A stretch of DNA of 64,000 bases from Octopus vulgaris (Eukaryota). Shown one piece after another: positions 27,398-40,259 of this stretch. Numbering within the stretch: the first letter of the stretch is position 1; each line of letters begins with the position of its first letter. The position numbers and the translations under genes were made by a program. The stretch is taken from positions 181,536,001 to 181,600,000 of the forward strand of contig OX597814.1 in assembly GCA_951406725.2 (NCBI GenBank), written 5' to 3'. A model generated the notes under the pieces. That model was not told the origin of the DNA. It made no database searches and saw only the letters and a program-made list of their open reading frames with translations.

Positions 27398-27827
27398 GGC
27401 AATCTTTCGTCTCTAGTAGACCTTTCCGTCGATTTCCGTAAAAAAAACTTCTTTTTTTTTTACATATGGGCTTGCGGGAACTTTTGAAGTAATGAGAGCG
27501 AAAGAGACTAAGAGAAAGCGATTGTATGACGAGGGAAGTTCTTTTGAAGTTACCGTGCATGGCAAGCATTGATGTACATGTGTGTGTGTGTGTGTGTTTG
27601 ATTGGGTGTGGGAGACAGACAGTATGTTGTGTAAGTGAAGTGCTTCTGTTAGTGTGTGTGAAGAGACAGAGTAATATGTGAAAGAAAGAGATAACTGAAA
27701 TTTTTTACTCGGTGTATGTGTATGTGTATGTATATTACTTCAAAAGTTCCCGCAAGCCCATATGTAAAAAAAAAAAAATTTTTTTACGGAAATCGACGGA
27801 AAGGTCTACTAGAGACGAAAGATCGCC
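27398..27827. mobile_element. Second Merlin-like MITE nested in Tigger
   Basis: TIR of about 95 bp starting GGC(A/G)ATCTTTCGTCTCTAGTAGACC. 8-bp TSD AAAATCTG. Confidence 0.85.
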
Positions 27828-30800
27828 AAAATCTGTCCAATGAGGTCTATTTCATCTTCCCTTTCGGAATGTTTCTGAAATGAGTTAGGCAAGTGTCATT
27901 AAATAGTGCCGTCACACGCCAGTTGCAACTTTTTCTGGGTGTTTCTTTCTTTTTTTTTTTTTTTAATAAAGTCTGAAAGTTTCTCTCACATTCCCATCAT
28001 TTCCTTTATCGCACTTGTAGAGATAACCTCCTCCGCCTCCTCCGTGTTACTTATTTCCTGCAAAACCTCCATGTGATGCTTCATCTGTAGCTCCTTTAGC
28101 TCCTCCGTTGTCAGTTCCTCGGAGTGCTCCTCGATTGATGTCACCTTCATTCATGTCCAGGCTCATGGACTTGCCAAGGGATACAATCTCCTCCACCACT
28201 ACCACTTCGGGTTCGAGTTTTTCAAAGTTCGTTTCAGACACAACCTCAGGCCACAGCGTCTTCCACACAGAGGTAAAGGTCCTCTTTGTAACACCCTGCC
28301 AGGCCATATCGATAATTCTGAGGCATATCACGATGTTATAGTGGTCCTTCCAGAACTGTCGAAGGGTGAGATTTGTACTCTCCGTCGTCTCAAAGTAGCG
28401 ACGGAACAGGTGCTTGGTGAAGAGCTTCTGGAAATTAGAAATCACCTGCAGGTCCATGGACTGCAGGATAAGGGTGGTGTTAGGTGGAAGGTGGAGAACC
28501 TTTATAAACTTGAACTCTTCGAGGATGTCATCTTCGAGGTTAGATGGGTGAGCAGGTGCATTGTCCAGGACGAGAAGGGCTTGCAGGGGTAGGTTATTTT
28601 CCTGGAGATATTTCTTAACGCCAGGACCAAAGACCAAATTTACCCACTCCACAAAGAACTGCTTGGTAACCCATGCCTTCAGGTTTGCCCTCCACATAAC
28701 CTGCAGTTTTCCTTTCAGAATCTTATGTGACTTAAAGACTCTGGAGTTTACCGAATGATAAATGAGTAGCGGCTTAATCTTGCAGTCGCCACTCGCATTG
28801 ACACACAGTGCGAGGGTTAGCTTAACCTTCATGGGTTTGTGGCCAGGCATCCTTTTCTTCTCTACAGTTATATTCCTTGGCATCTTCTTCCAAAAAAGTC
28901 CTACCTCGTCACAGTTGAAGACTTGCTGAGGGATGTATCCTTCAGCTGCTATAATTCCGGCAAAAATTTCGAAGTAATCCTCAGCTGACTTTATATCCCT
29001 GCTCGCTGCCTCATCATGCCTGACGAGGGAATGGATGCCGGTCCTCTTTTTAAAATTCTTTAAACAGCTCGCCCGATGCCTCGTCGATACAAGTGCCTGG
29101 GGTCTGCTGCAGCAAATCAGTGTAAATAGCTCGTGCCTTCTCGCAGATTATAGCCTCCGTCACGGTATCTCCTGCGAACTACTTCTCCGTCAACAACACC
29201 ATCAGCATCTTCTCCATATTCTTATGGATAGATGTCTGCTGTTTAGAAATTATTTTAACGCCCTTGGCTGGCGTTATAGCCTTTATCGATTCCTTCTGCA
29301 TCAGTATGGTGCAGATCGTAGAAGTGTTACGTTCCTACTGCTTCGCCAAGTCGACTACATGCACCACCTTCGTCGTGTTTTTCGATAATTTCTTTCTTTA
29401 ATTCAATGCACATCATCCGCTTCTTCTCAGCACTGTCCTTCACACTCACTTTCTTCGGACCCATGGTTGGAAAAACGAAGTTTTGCGAAATAACTGCAAG
29501 CACAGTTGCGAGCACAACACTGATGCTTCTAGCCTGGAACGACTAAGTAAGCATTTTACCACCCGTTCTAGCCAACGATCCACTAATGATCTTCGCACTT
29601 GTTAACACGCATGTCTGACTCGCTATCGATCTACTAATGATCTTCGTACTTGCTAACGTGCATGTCAGTCTAGCTATCGAGTGAGACACGAGTTGCTGTG
29701 CGAATGTTACGGCGTTCACTGTGGCGTTCGCTAAGCCAACTAGCAGTGGGGTATCAGAAGCTGGCCCGTAACCCGAATTTTAGCTCGTAACTCAAAGCAA
29801 AAAAATCGGCCGAGAGACGGCTCGAATCTCGAAAAAACTCGTTAGTTGGGACACTCGTAAGTCAAGGTACCACTGTATTTTTTGTTATAAACACTGAGTG
29901 ATGGATGGATGGATGGATGGATGGACGAACGGAGGGGCGGACGGACGAGAGAAAGTCCGAATAGTGCCGTTGATTTGTAGATGTAAAAATATTTTCTCTA
30001 CGTACATTAAGGAATATGAACAAAAGAACGGATGCTGAAAACATTATTGTAACCAAAACATATTCTCCCTACTTTAGGATCTGCAATTTAAAAAAAAAAA
30101 TCTTTTTAACAATATCATTTGCACAATATTGTTTTCTACAGATAAAATCTCCAAATAATCTAATGTCTTATGTCTTAGATGACTACAAGTATGTCTTTGT
30201 AAGTTTTTGCTTACCAACGCTTTTCACCTCTGAGCCATAGTTATAGGTATCGTAAGCATTATTCTTAATGGGTTTGGAAAACTTTAATAATCTGACGGTT
30301 TCTGTTGAAAGTTTTACATATCCAGGAAATAATTCTTTTATAATAACTAGTTCAGATAGGAAACATATATTTTTATATCACTATTTTCTTGATATCTCAA
30401 ATTATTCTCCATGCTTTTCTTGCCATGCAAATAATAATTTCAGTTTACATCATTTTGTAAATCTTTTCTATTATATTAAAAAACCCCTTCTGTTGTTGAA
30501 GCCCTACAACATTTCAAATCTTTCTGATGAAATATCATTGTCTCGAGTATTACATTTGTAGTGGCTTTATGCAGGCATGGCGTGGATTTGATCCTCGATC
30601 GCCAAATTTCACTTAGCAGTTCAACAGCACTTTTCTCACAGTAAAACAATAGTTTTTTTTGTGAGTGACAGCAGTTACATTTACCAGATGCCTTCACTAA
30701 GCAGAATAAAGTCTTTGCCACTTGACCCTTCTAACCTCTTCTATTCACCAAAAGTTAGAATTGAGATAACAGGTACCACCAACGAAATCTTTTGTTCTCA

Positions 30801-31953
30801 ACAATACGTCTCTCCTTCTAACTAGTTTTGGATAGTTATAAATACTAGAATTTGCTAGGACAACATCAGTTAGTGAGAACCGAGTCTGGCTGATCAGCTG
30901 AACAAAACGCCGTCTCTGAAGGAAAAGGCACAAAGGGACAACTTAGGTAACTCACCAACGAAGCAGTTGTTTCGTCCCACTACTCTCATTTTCACTAACT
31001 CACTTTTTTTTCTCTGTAACATTACCATATATCTCTGTATATACTACTATGAGATCGTGTACACACATATACAGGCCGAGATTGACTTTCTTTACCTTGC
31101 ATGTTTTACCAACTGTGTTATACTATTACACTAGCCCACCTGTCGTGGTAAGGCATATATTAAGGTACCAGTAAATAAACATTTCTTTACAGCTTCAATC
31201 ACTGTTCTTCGTTCATCTTTCACAATTTACAACATGCCGTTACAATAACAACAACGAATACTATAACCGTTACACATTGAACACATGATTTCTTCTAAGC
31301 TTCTTTCTGGGTTAAGTATTTGAAACTTCGTCAATACACTCTTATTTAAACAGTCGTTTTTGTCCGGTGTACTTTTGAACTTCTAAATTCTTTTGCTGGA
31401 GTTAGTTATTTTCTATATCCATTTATATGATAATTAATTACGCAGATAATGACACTATTCATTAATAAAATTGGGGTAGGCAATTCCACTGAGGTACGCT
31501 GTGTAGTTTTGTTGACAATATTTACATTCCACTCCCACGTTCACCGAATCAACATATTAAAATGAGCTTGATTCCCCTCAAGCACATTTCAGCACGTGGC
31601 GTCCCCTGTGACTGTGCCCGTCACCCATAATCTGGCTCCGACATATTTTGTCTTAATGGGCTAATATATCTGTAACCCCCTGCTTCAATGATGTCTGAGG
31701 TAAAACTAAATGGATATTTCTGTTTCTAGACTTGCAGACCTCTTAATTAACGGCCCATAGTTTCCATCTATTCTCCCTATATCTATAAATAACAGTTGAC
31801 TTCTGCAAGATAAAAGACCTTCATTTTGAGATTTCTCGATAACAGTTTCAGGCACGTACGTATGCATGCATGTATGTATGTATGTATGTGTGTATGTGTG
31901 TGTGTATGTATGTTGTCCAATGTATCTTCTTCTAAGTAGGTAGAGTGGGATTT

Positions 31954-32190
31954 TTTATAAGGCGGTGATCTGGCAGAATCGTTAGCACGCCGGGCGAAAT
32001 GCTTTGTGGTATTTCTTCCACCGTTTGCGTTCTGAGTTCAAATTCCGCTGAGGTCGACTTTGCCTTTCATCCTTTCGGGGTCAATTAAATAAGTACCAGT
32101 TTTGCACTGGGGTCGATATATTCGACTTAATCCGTTTGTCTGTCCTTGCTTGTCCCCTCTGTGTTTAGCCCCTTCTGGGTTGTAAAGAAA
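31954..32190 (+). mobile_element. Monomeric family-A SINE with TSD
   Basis: TSD TAGGTAGAGTGGGATTT at 31937-31953 and 32191-32207. Confidence 0.85.
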
Positions 32191-32816
32191 TAGGTAGAGT
32201 GGGATTTGAAGGAAATCTGGCTGTTATTTCATATGAGCACAAACATGGCCATGTGGTTTAACCCTTTTGCATTCAGATCATGGCGCAGGAGTGGCTGTGT
32301 GGTAAGTAGCTAGCTTAACAACCACATGGTTCCAGGTTCAGTCCCACTGCATGGTGCCTTGGGCAAGTGTCTTCTACTATAGCCTCTGGCTGACCAAAGC
32401 CTTGTGAGTGGATTTGGTAGACGGAAACTGGAAGAAGCCCGTCGTATATATATATATATATATAATGTGTGTGTATATGTTTGTGTATCTGTGTTTATCC
32501 CCCTAGCATTGCTTGACAACCGATAGTGGTGTGTTTATGTCTCCGTAACTTAGCAGTTCAGCAAAAGAGACTAATAGAATAAGTACTAGGCTTACAAAGA
32601 ATAAGTTCTGGGGTCGATTTACTCGACTAAAAGGCAGTGCTCCAGCATGGCCACAGTCAAGTGACTGAAACAAGTGAAAGAGTAAAGAGTATCTCATAGT
32701 TTGAAGATTTCAATGAAGTGATTTTTATATTTTTAGAATGACACTGTAGGGCAAGTTTCAACATAAAAGAAGTAGAAATCTGGGCCTGATGTGGCTGGTT
32801 TAAATGCTTTTCATGT

Positions 32817-33000
32817 ATCATCATCATCGTTTAACATCTGTTCTCCATGCTAGCACGGGTTGGATGGTTCGACCGGGGATCTGGGAAACCAGAAGGCTGC
32901 ACCAGGCACCATTCTTATCTGGCAATGTTTCTACAGCTGGATGCCCTTCCTAACGCCAACCACTCCGTGAGTGTAGTGGGTGCTTTTTATGTGCCACCTG
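32817..33000 (-). mobile_element. SINE/LINE-tail family C with a (GAT)n tail; copies also at about 45770-46015, 46870-47075, 51805-51995, 55620-55880, 55990-56150, 56385-56850
   Basis: Shared GTGGTTGGCGTTAGGAAGGGCATCCAGCTGTAGAAAC...CATGCTAGCATGG..CGTTAAATGATGATG. Confidence 0.75.
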
Positions 33001-33717
33001 CACAGGTTTCAAATTCATCCCTACAGTGTGGCATTTAATACTGGGGTAGAAAGAGCTCCTTAGCTGTAGTGAAGGCAATCTATCTAGGGAGATAACCTTA
33101 CAATAAATCACTTGGTCCGTAGCTTAGAAATACTGGGTTGACGTCCAGCGGGAACAGCTTGGTTTCATGGAGGAGGAAAGATCTTCTTTAGTACTTGGTT
33201 GTACAATGCTTTCCAATGTGTGTAGTAGTGGCGCGCGCACACATTATTAGCCATTTGAAAAGACTATGAAAGTCTCGACCACGGTCGAACAATGATGATG
33301 ATGATGTATGTATGTATTCGTTGTCCATCAATCTTTAGCATTATCAAATACTGTTTTATTTCATATTATATGGTTCTAGTAACAACGTATTTCATAGACA
33401 AATATCTTGAGGATATGCTCTCGAAATGTGCTTTTAAGTGGCTAATTTTTCCTCTCTCTCTCTCTTTTTTTTTTCACTTGATATCCGTGCACAGTGACTG
33501 ATTTGTTTTTACTTAATATTATTTGTGTAGAGATTTTTCCAATGTCGGAGAGAGGCTTGTATCAGCTTTATTCAACGTCGCTTTCGATTATTCATCTTTT
33601 AGATCAATTCTCTTTGTAACGTTCATACTTCAACGAATAAGAAGGTTCCAGTTGCTACAGCATGCATTCAATCTAAAAAAAAAAAAACTCTGGCTTTATA
33701 TGCATGATTTTTTACAT

Positions 33718-33789
33718 GGATCTTTACCTTTTGACCTACAGATTTAAAAAATATTTTTTTTAAATCTGTCGGTCAAAAGGTAAAGATCC
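33718..33789. mobile_element. 72-bp palindromic mini-MITE (Merlin-like termini)
   Basis: GGATCTTTACCTTTTGACC...GGTCAAAAGGTAAAGATCC with an imperfect 8-bp TSD (TTTTACAT/CTTGACAT). Confidence 0.65.
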
Positions 33790-34026
33790 CTTGACATGGG
33801 TCAGACTATAAGAAATGATATTATTAATCTTATTAACCTTAAACACCTTCCAACTACAATCAACCACTAAAAAAAATACACACACACTATTTGTTTCCTT
33901 TGAATCTCATTTATAATTTACGACTTGCATTTTCTCATAATATAGTTCACTTATAAATACAAACCGTTCTGCTTTACCGTCCGTCACCGGACGATCGGAA
34001 ACACGACAATCTGAGCAGCAACTCAT

Positions 34027-34375
34027 GGAGGTGCAATGGCCCAGTGGTTAGGGCAACGGACTCACGGTCGGAGGATCGCGGTTTCGATTCCCAGACCGGG
34101 TGTTGTGTGTGTTTATTGAGCGAAAACACCTAAAGCTCCACGAGGATCCGGCTGGGGGTGGTAGCGACCCCTGTTGTACTCTTCCGCCCCAACTTTCTCT
34201 CACTTTTTCTTCCTGTTTCTTGTCCACGACTTCCTACGCAACCGCTGAGCCTGGATGCGCATTCATCCATCCGTCGATGACCTGCTTTCTTTTCTGCGGG
34301 TCTTACGAATAGCAAAGGACCACGTTTCGGACTTCTTGCGAGCTCTGGGACGAAGACCGTTCGCTCAACAGCAAC
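34027..34375 (+). mobile_element. tRNA-derived SINE family D with a (CAA/CAG)n tail; antisense copy at about 60690-61099
   Basis: Box A TGGCCCAGTGG, box B GGTTTCGATTCCC, TSD AGCAGCAACTCATG. Confidence 0.85.
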
Positions 34376-35188
34376 AGCAGCAACTCATGAAACTTCAGCA
34401 CTGAATCAATAATAATCAACCATATTGAGTAGTTTTTGCTTAATAGCATACACCATCGCTTTTTCCCTTCTTTTAGTCTTTCTTTAATCTTTCTCTCCCC
34501 TTTCACACACACTCTCTCGCCCTCTTTCACTTATTCTTTCACACACATATAAAAACACTTTTTTACTCATCACTCACTTTATATGTGTGTGTGTGTACGT
34601 CTGTCTGTCTATGTATATATGTATGTATGTATGCATGCATGCATGTATGTATGCATGCATGCATGTATGTATGCATGCATATGTATGTATGCATGCATGT
34701 ATGTATGTATAAATAATATTTATGCATATATACATATATGTACATACATACACACACATATAGTGTGAGTATCAGTTAGAGGGATTTAATATCTCTAAGG
34801 GATAATTAAATCCAAAGTCGCTCCTGGTTATTACCTGGGTAGGTACAGTCTTTTGTAAGGTGGTACGGTAGCAGGTGGTTCGGTTGGTAAACCGTAGTTT
34901 AGGTTATATAAGAGTTACCCCCCTTCACCTACACCGCGGAAAATTGAATACACACGTGCGAAAAAAAAATGTGCTTAATCAAACTAGGAATCCCACACCT
35001 ATATAATACTCACCCCGCCCTAATTACCCAACGAAACTAACTAGTCTACCACAATCAAACCGCTAACCAGCGAATTTACCAACGCAAGAACAAAATTTGA
35101 TATAAGACTTACTACCTTCGTTTATATTATCATCACATATGTTTCAATTATTTTAGCATCCGAACCGATGCATCTATATATATATTCA

Positions 35189-35237
35189 CATTCTGAAGAG
35201 ATTTACTTAAACCAGTAAATCGAAACGATCGTAAATG
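35189..35237 (+). ncRNA. Minimal type I hammerhead ribozyme motif
   Basis: catt-CTGAAGA-gatttact[taaacc]agtaaatc-GAAA-C-gatc-G-TA-aatg. Intact core, 8-bp stem II, 4-bp stem I, palindromic stem III loop and GUA cleavage triplet. Confidence 0.8.
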
Positions 35238-35347
35238 CTACCTTCATCTCTGCTTCCTCCTTCTTTGTTATCTAATTAAATTAAAGGCATACCAGCGAAA
35301 ATCACGAGTTTCCCCTTGTTATTACATCCATTTTCTTATATATATAC

Positions 35348-35388
<41 letters not shown>

Positions 35389-35427
35389 CATACATGTATA
35401 TATGCATATATGGATACAGGGCATCAC

Positions 35428-35686
35428 AAAACGTAAACAACATGAAATACGAAGAAAAATTTGTGTATGCAAACAACGAGAGAAACAAATGGAAAACAAG
35501 ATAAGTAACATAAAGAACGACCCTTCATCAGTTGTCGGTTTTCTATCTACTCTTCATTTCAAGCATGAGAATGAGGAGTAGATAGACAGCCGACAACTGA
35601 TGAAGGGTCGTTCTTTATGTTACTCCTGTTTTCCATTTGTTTGCATACACAAATTTTTCTTCGTATTTCATGTTGTTTACGTTTTT
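35428..35686. repeat. Fold-back element between (TA)n tracts
   Basis: Arms at about 35428-35563 and 35572-35686 are reverse complements. Contains CTGATGA at 35597. Confidence 0.8.
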
Positions 35687-35695
35687 ACCTATATA

Positions 35696-35735
<40 letters not shown>

Positions 35736-35765
35736 AATATGTATGTACATATATGTGTGTATATA

Positions 35766-35848
<83 letters not shown>

Positions 35849-35923
35849 ATTACATGACTGAAAAGGACACATCCATTTCCAAGTCAGTTTATGTATGTGT
35901 ATGTGCATGCGTGTGTGTGCGCG

Positions 35924-35959
<36 letters not shown>

Positions 35960-35962
<3 letters not shown>

Positions 35963-36380
35963 CAAAATAAGCAAGAGGATATCAAGTAGTAATGCAGTAA
36001 GACCGTGTCAAGCGGGTCTATTTAATTGAACAATGCAATCATTACATCAATTTAAATGCAATGCCATCTTCAGCTGCTCCAATAAATAAATGGAACTATA
36101 ACAAGTAGGACACATTAATATAGTTTTTCTTAAATATTTTAACAAAGCAAGAAGATGGAAGAAATTCCTGTTGTTGCTATTGTAGCTAAGAATAGACTAC
36201 AACTTCTATGATCCATATATTAATGTGTCCTACTTGTTGTAATTCCATTTATTTATTGGAGCAGCTGAAGATGGCACTGCATTTAAATTGATGTAATGAT
36301 TGCATTGTTCAATTAAATGAAGCCACTTGAAACGGTTGTATTGCATTACCACTTGATACCCTGTTGTTTATTTTGATTTT
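35960..36380. repeat. Fold-back element with hammerhead-bearing arms of about 160 bp
   Basis: Arms 35960-36122 and 36216-36380 are reverse complements. Confidence 0.85.
36261..36344 (+). ncRNA. Hammerhead ribozyme-like motif (partly degenerate)
   Basis: gcag-CTGAAGA-tggc...gcca(ctt)-GAAAC-ggtt-GTA-ttgc. A degenerate antisense copy lies at about 35994-36077. Confidence 0.55.
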
Positions 36381-36509
36381 ATTCACCTTACTTCGAGCTG
36401 CATATTTTATTCACCTTACTTCGAGCTTCCATATTTAATTGTGGTTTATATTTGTTAATGAACACTTTTTTTATTTATTTATTTATTCTTTGTTGTTGGG
36501 TGAAAAAGT

Positions 36510-39500
36510 TTGAGCACTTGTAAGGAGTAAGATTTTGATGTTGCACAAGCTGCAATGTGACAATTTAAAGGAATTTTGCTTGTATTTTCGTTTCGGGTCT
36601 GTTGGCGATGAATCGTCATTCTTTTACGTAATGACACGCCAGTCTGTCCTATGCAATTTAGCTAACATCCATCGCATGTAATTACGTTGATTAAATTTTC
36701 TGAGTTGCAGGTGAAGTTGACTATTACTTTGAAGGTTTGGCCATTTACAAATAGGAATTACAACCGTGTTTCGTGGTCTGCTACCACAACAGCTCCTTTA
36801 TAGGATCCAGTTAGCTCAAGACATCATCAGGAGGAACCACGTCCGGTTTAGTCCCCTACTCCTCTACCGTTTTGACGTGGCGGCCCTCCGCCTTTCGGAG
36901 GTGTCTTCAGCTCTGGTGTTGGGTGCATGTCTTCTTTCTTCTTCTTTATTCTGTTCCCTGGCCTCTTCAATGTATCGTCAGCGAGTGTCAGCCGGTGACT
37001 GACTGTCTTGTCAAATTTCTCCCTTTAAATACCTGCCGCATAGACTCCAGCAGGCAACCCCAGCAAGTTGTCACGTGACACTGTCTCACCTTAACTGACT
37101 AGTGAAGGCGCGTAGTTTTAGCCCGCGCTTTTTCTAAACGACCGTCACCTGTCAGTCAGCGAAGCTGATTCAGTCAGCTTGACTCACCGAATGATGTTAT
37201 TTCCCATCGGCGTGTTTATGGCTTTCAAGCCATTTTCGGTCTTCCCGCTTCAGCCATATATAGAAGCTGGCTTTTTCGACCGCCTCCTGTACTCTCCTTA
37301 TTAGTTTACGCAGCTCGGGGCTAGAAAAAACAAATCTTCTTTTGAAAAGCGTTGTCATTTTCTTTTCAATGAAGCCAGTTGATAATATTCGACATTCCAT
37401 CCCTGTTCTCTACATTCTTCGATTAGCTTTTCATACCTCTTCTCCTTTCGTTCCTCTGCGTTGCCGATGTTCTCTTCCCGAGGTACTGTCAGTTCTAGTA
37501 AAATTCCTATTCTCCGGTCTCTGTTCCATAGAACTAAATCCGGTCTTTTTGTTGTTTTTATTAGTGAAAATACTACTTGTCTTTCCAAGTCCGTGGCCAC
37601 CTCCCAGTATCCCTTCCATCTTTCGTCCATCGCGTATACTTTACTTCTAGGTCTGGTTTTATAACCTTTTCCCTCTTTGTGGAAGTATACTTTCCTGTGC
37701 TTTTCTGCTTTTGGGTACTCTCCCCTATTGTACCTCTCGATCTTCTTGAGTGTTGCGCTTATGACACCGAGGACTTGATTATGCCGCCATGTATATCTTT
37801 CAAGTGCTAGTCTGCAACTTGACAGAACATGTCTAACCGTCACTTTCTCTCCGCATCTACACTCATCGGTTTTGTTTATGTTCCACCGGACTAAGTTCGC
37901 CGGTGAGGGTAAAACGTCGAAGGTAGACTTGATCAGGAAGGATGTTCTTGCTTGTTCCCAAGCCCAAAGTTCCTTCCATGATATTCTGCGGTTGATCACA
38001 TATTCCTCCCATCTCAGGCACTGGCCATGTTGACTGCATTGCACCAAATGTACATTTTGCCTTTCTTCTTCCTCCTTTCTCACTTCGTATACCAATGCCT
38101 CTTTCATCTCTCTTACACTGCTCTTGCAAAATGGCCTGAAATGTTGCGACCCTAGGCCGGTTCTACCTTCTTGCGTCGCTCCGACTATATCTGCATGCTT
38201 TAGTTTTCCGATCGCCCTGTTTACTGCCTCTTCCGCCTTCCATTTCCTCCCTGTTCGTACCTTTGGAGGGTTTTCCCGGATGCTTTGATCTTTTGAATAC
38301 CTTAGCATCATTACTGTCCTTGCCTTTCCTGCCTTATATTCTTCGGCGATTGATGTTATTGGTAGTTGCAGCTCGAGTTTTCCACATAGTGCAGTTGTAT
38401 TCAGTGGTTTCGGCAGACCAAGCCATTTTCTGATAAACACACTGCATCTTTGCTCCATCATTTCTACTCTACTCGAGGCCATTTCGTACATTTGCAATGG
38501 CCACATTATTCTTGGGTACAGCCCAAATTGCAGTATCCAACACTTGAATTTTCCCGGCAGCGTTGTTCTGTCAATTGCCTTTAATCCTTGTTCTACTAAC
38601 TCGTGTGTTTCTTTCCCTTGCTTCTTATCATTTAATAAATCTCTATACCATCTGCCGAGACTCTTTACTGGTTGTTCTTTCACCGTTGGTATGTCTTCAC
38701 TTCCTATCTTGAATTTCACTTCTTGCCTTCCTTTCACGAAAGCCACGCTTCGAGATCTTTTGGCTTTGAATTTCATCCTTGCCCATCCTATCAGTTCGTC
38801 CAACCGCTCTAGCGTTCCCTCTGCTGCTTCTCTACTTTCCGATAATATAGTTATGTCGTCCATAAAAGCCCTTAATGGTGTCTTTGTAACAGCTTTCTCA
38901 CAGTTTGTAGATCTGAGTAGCATTTCCGTGACTAGCACGAATAAGATGACTGATATCGTGCATCTGGCTGCAATACCTATTTCAAGCCGTTGCCACTCCG
39001 TTGTGAACTTTCTTGCTGTAAATCTCATCCTCAGGTTGTCGTAGTATTACATGAGCATTCGTTGAACATCTTTTGGAATCCAAAAGAAGTCCATCGACTT
39101 TGGTCCTTCAGTTAGATATAGGCATGTGCCATAATTTCTTCTTCCGCGTTTTTTGTCACTGTTGGATTGGAGATTTATGTATTTTTGATCCAATCAGAAT
39201 GTGGTTTAGGGTTTGGGGATGTCTTTTGCTTTTGATGATTTGATGTGCTTCCAGAATCATTTTGATTTTTTTCAACATCAAATAGAATGGGGAGGTTTTT
39301 ATGGATGTGGTCGAATGTTTTGATGTTTCTGGGGTTGAAGGTTGACATGTATGATGAATATTTTCCCTTGTTTTTTTTTTTTTTTTTTTTTTTTGGGGGG
39401 GGGTCCTAAGTTCTTGGACATTAATATGTTTTGCTCAATCTATTCATTTGGGGATTGTGCCAAGTAGGAATTCTATTTCGATAGGTATATTCTTCAATTC

Positions 39501-39850
39501 ATCCAATCTTTATTCACGTTTAGATGGGCCTGATACTATTGGGCATATTTGCTTTGCTAGGTTAAAGGGTATGTTCAATGTGTCTTGGGGGACATGATGT
39601 GAAAAGCAGGTAGTGCATGGAGTCCGTGGGTTTATAGAACATGTCCTTGTCTATTCTTCCATCCGTGTTTGCAATTAAAATATATAGAAAGGCAAGTTTC
39701 CTGGGATTAAATTCCATTGTGAATTGGATGTTGTTGCTTGGGTTGTTCAGCATATTTTTGAATTGTGAGTGTACCAAAGTTTTCCTGCCATAAGATAAAA
39801 CAATGATCTAGGTAACTTTTCCAATTATTTTTAAAAGTTGTTTATGAACT
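36510..39850 (-). mobile_element. Penelope-like element remnant (RT plus GIY-YIG), split by a LINE insertion
   Basis: WKSYLDHCFILW (about 39790-39825), IQFTME..LAFLYI..FYKPTD..YLLFTS (39562-39777) and GTCLYLTEGP (about 39100-39130). After the insertion: FTCNSENLINVITCDGC..CIGQTGVSLRKRMTIHR (about 36610-36755), a GIY-YIG nuclease. Confidence 0.8.
36760..39100 (-). mobile_element. 5'-truncated HERO-like non-LTR retrotransposon (557-aa ORF 37355-39028)
   Basis: RT motifs CTISVILF and AFMDD, PGKFKCWI, RTGRKWKA, CRCG...HVLSSC zinc knuckle, RHNQVL, and RPDLVLW..LLELTVP restriction-like endonuclease. Confidence 0.85.
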
Positions 39851-39872
39851 GTCTCCATAACCTACACACGCA

Positions 39873-39921
<49 letters not shown>

Positions 39922-40259
39922 GAACATATTCTGAAAAGAAAAGAAATCTACAATTAAATTCAAAAGAAATCTTTTTCAATAGAATTTTTGACACCTGACC
40001 TCTTGAAATCCATGTGTGTATATCTGTCTCTTTGTGTCTGTATGTGTACGTCTCTGCTTGTGTGTGTGGGGGTGTATGTGTGTGTGTGTGCGTGCGCTTA
40101 GATTCATACTAGAGGAAATGAAAAAAATTACCGCGTCTCGCCAAAACTGTTTTTAGGTTGGTCGTACTACCTTCAACGCTCTCGTGCTAAAAGACCTGCG
40201 TAATGCTCGATGAGGGAGCAGGACGCCAGTCAACCTTCCCCACTGATCACCCTAGAAGC

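Larger units (their letters stand above)
26540..29875 (-). mobile_element. Tigger/pogo DNA transposon (near full length, disrupted transposase)
   Basis: TA TSD. TIRs CAGTGGTGCCTTAACTTACGA / TCGTAAGTCAAGGTACCACTG. MGPKK..IELKKEIIEKH N-terminus and DDE fragment 28047-28883 (NASGD, LLVLDNAPAHP, LPPNTT..LQSMDLQVI). Confidence 0.93.

Noticed and set aside
34027-34100. tRNA gene
   Set aside because: It is a tRNA-like head fused to a SINE body and tail with a TSD and a second copy at about 61030-61099.
35597-35640. CTGATGA as a complete hammerhead
   Set aside because: No suitably placed stem II and GAAA partner. Recorded only as part of the fold-back element.
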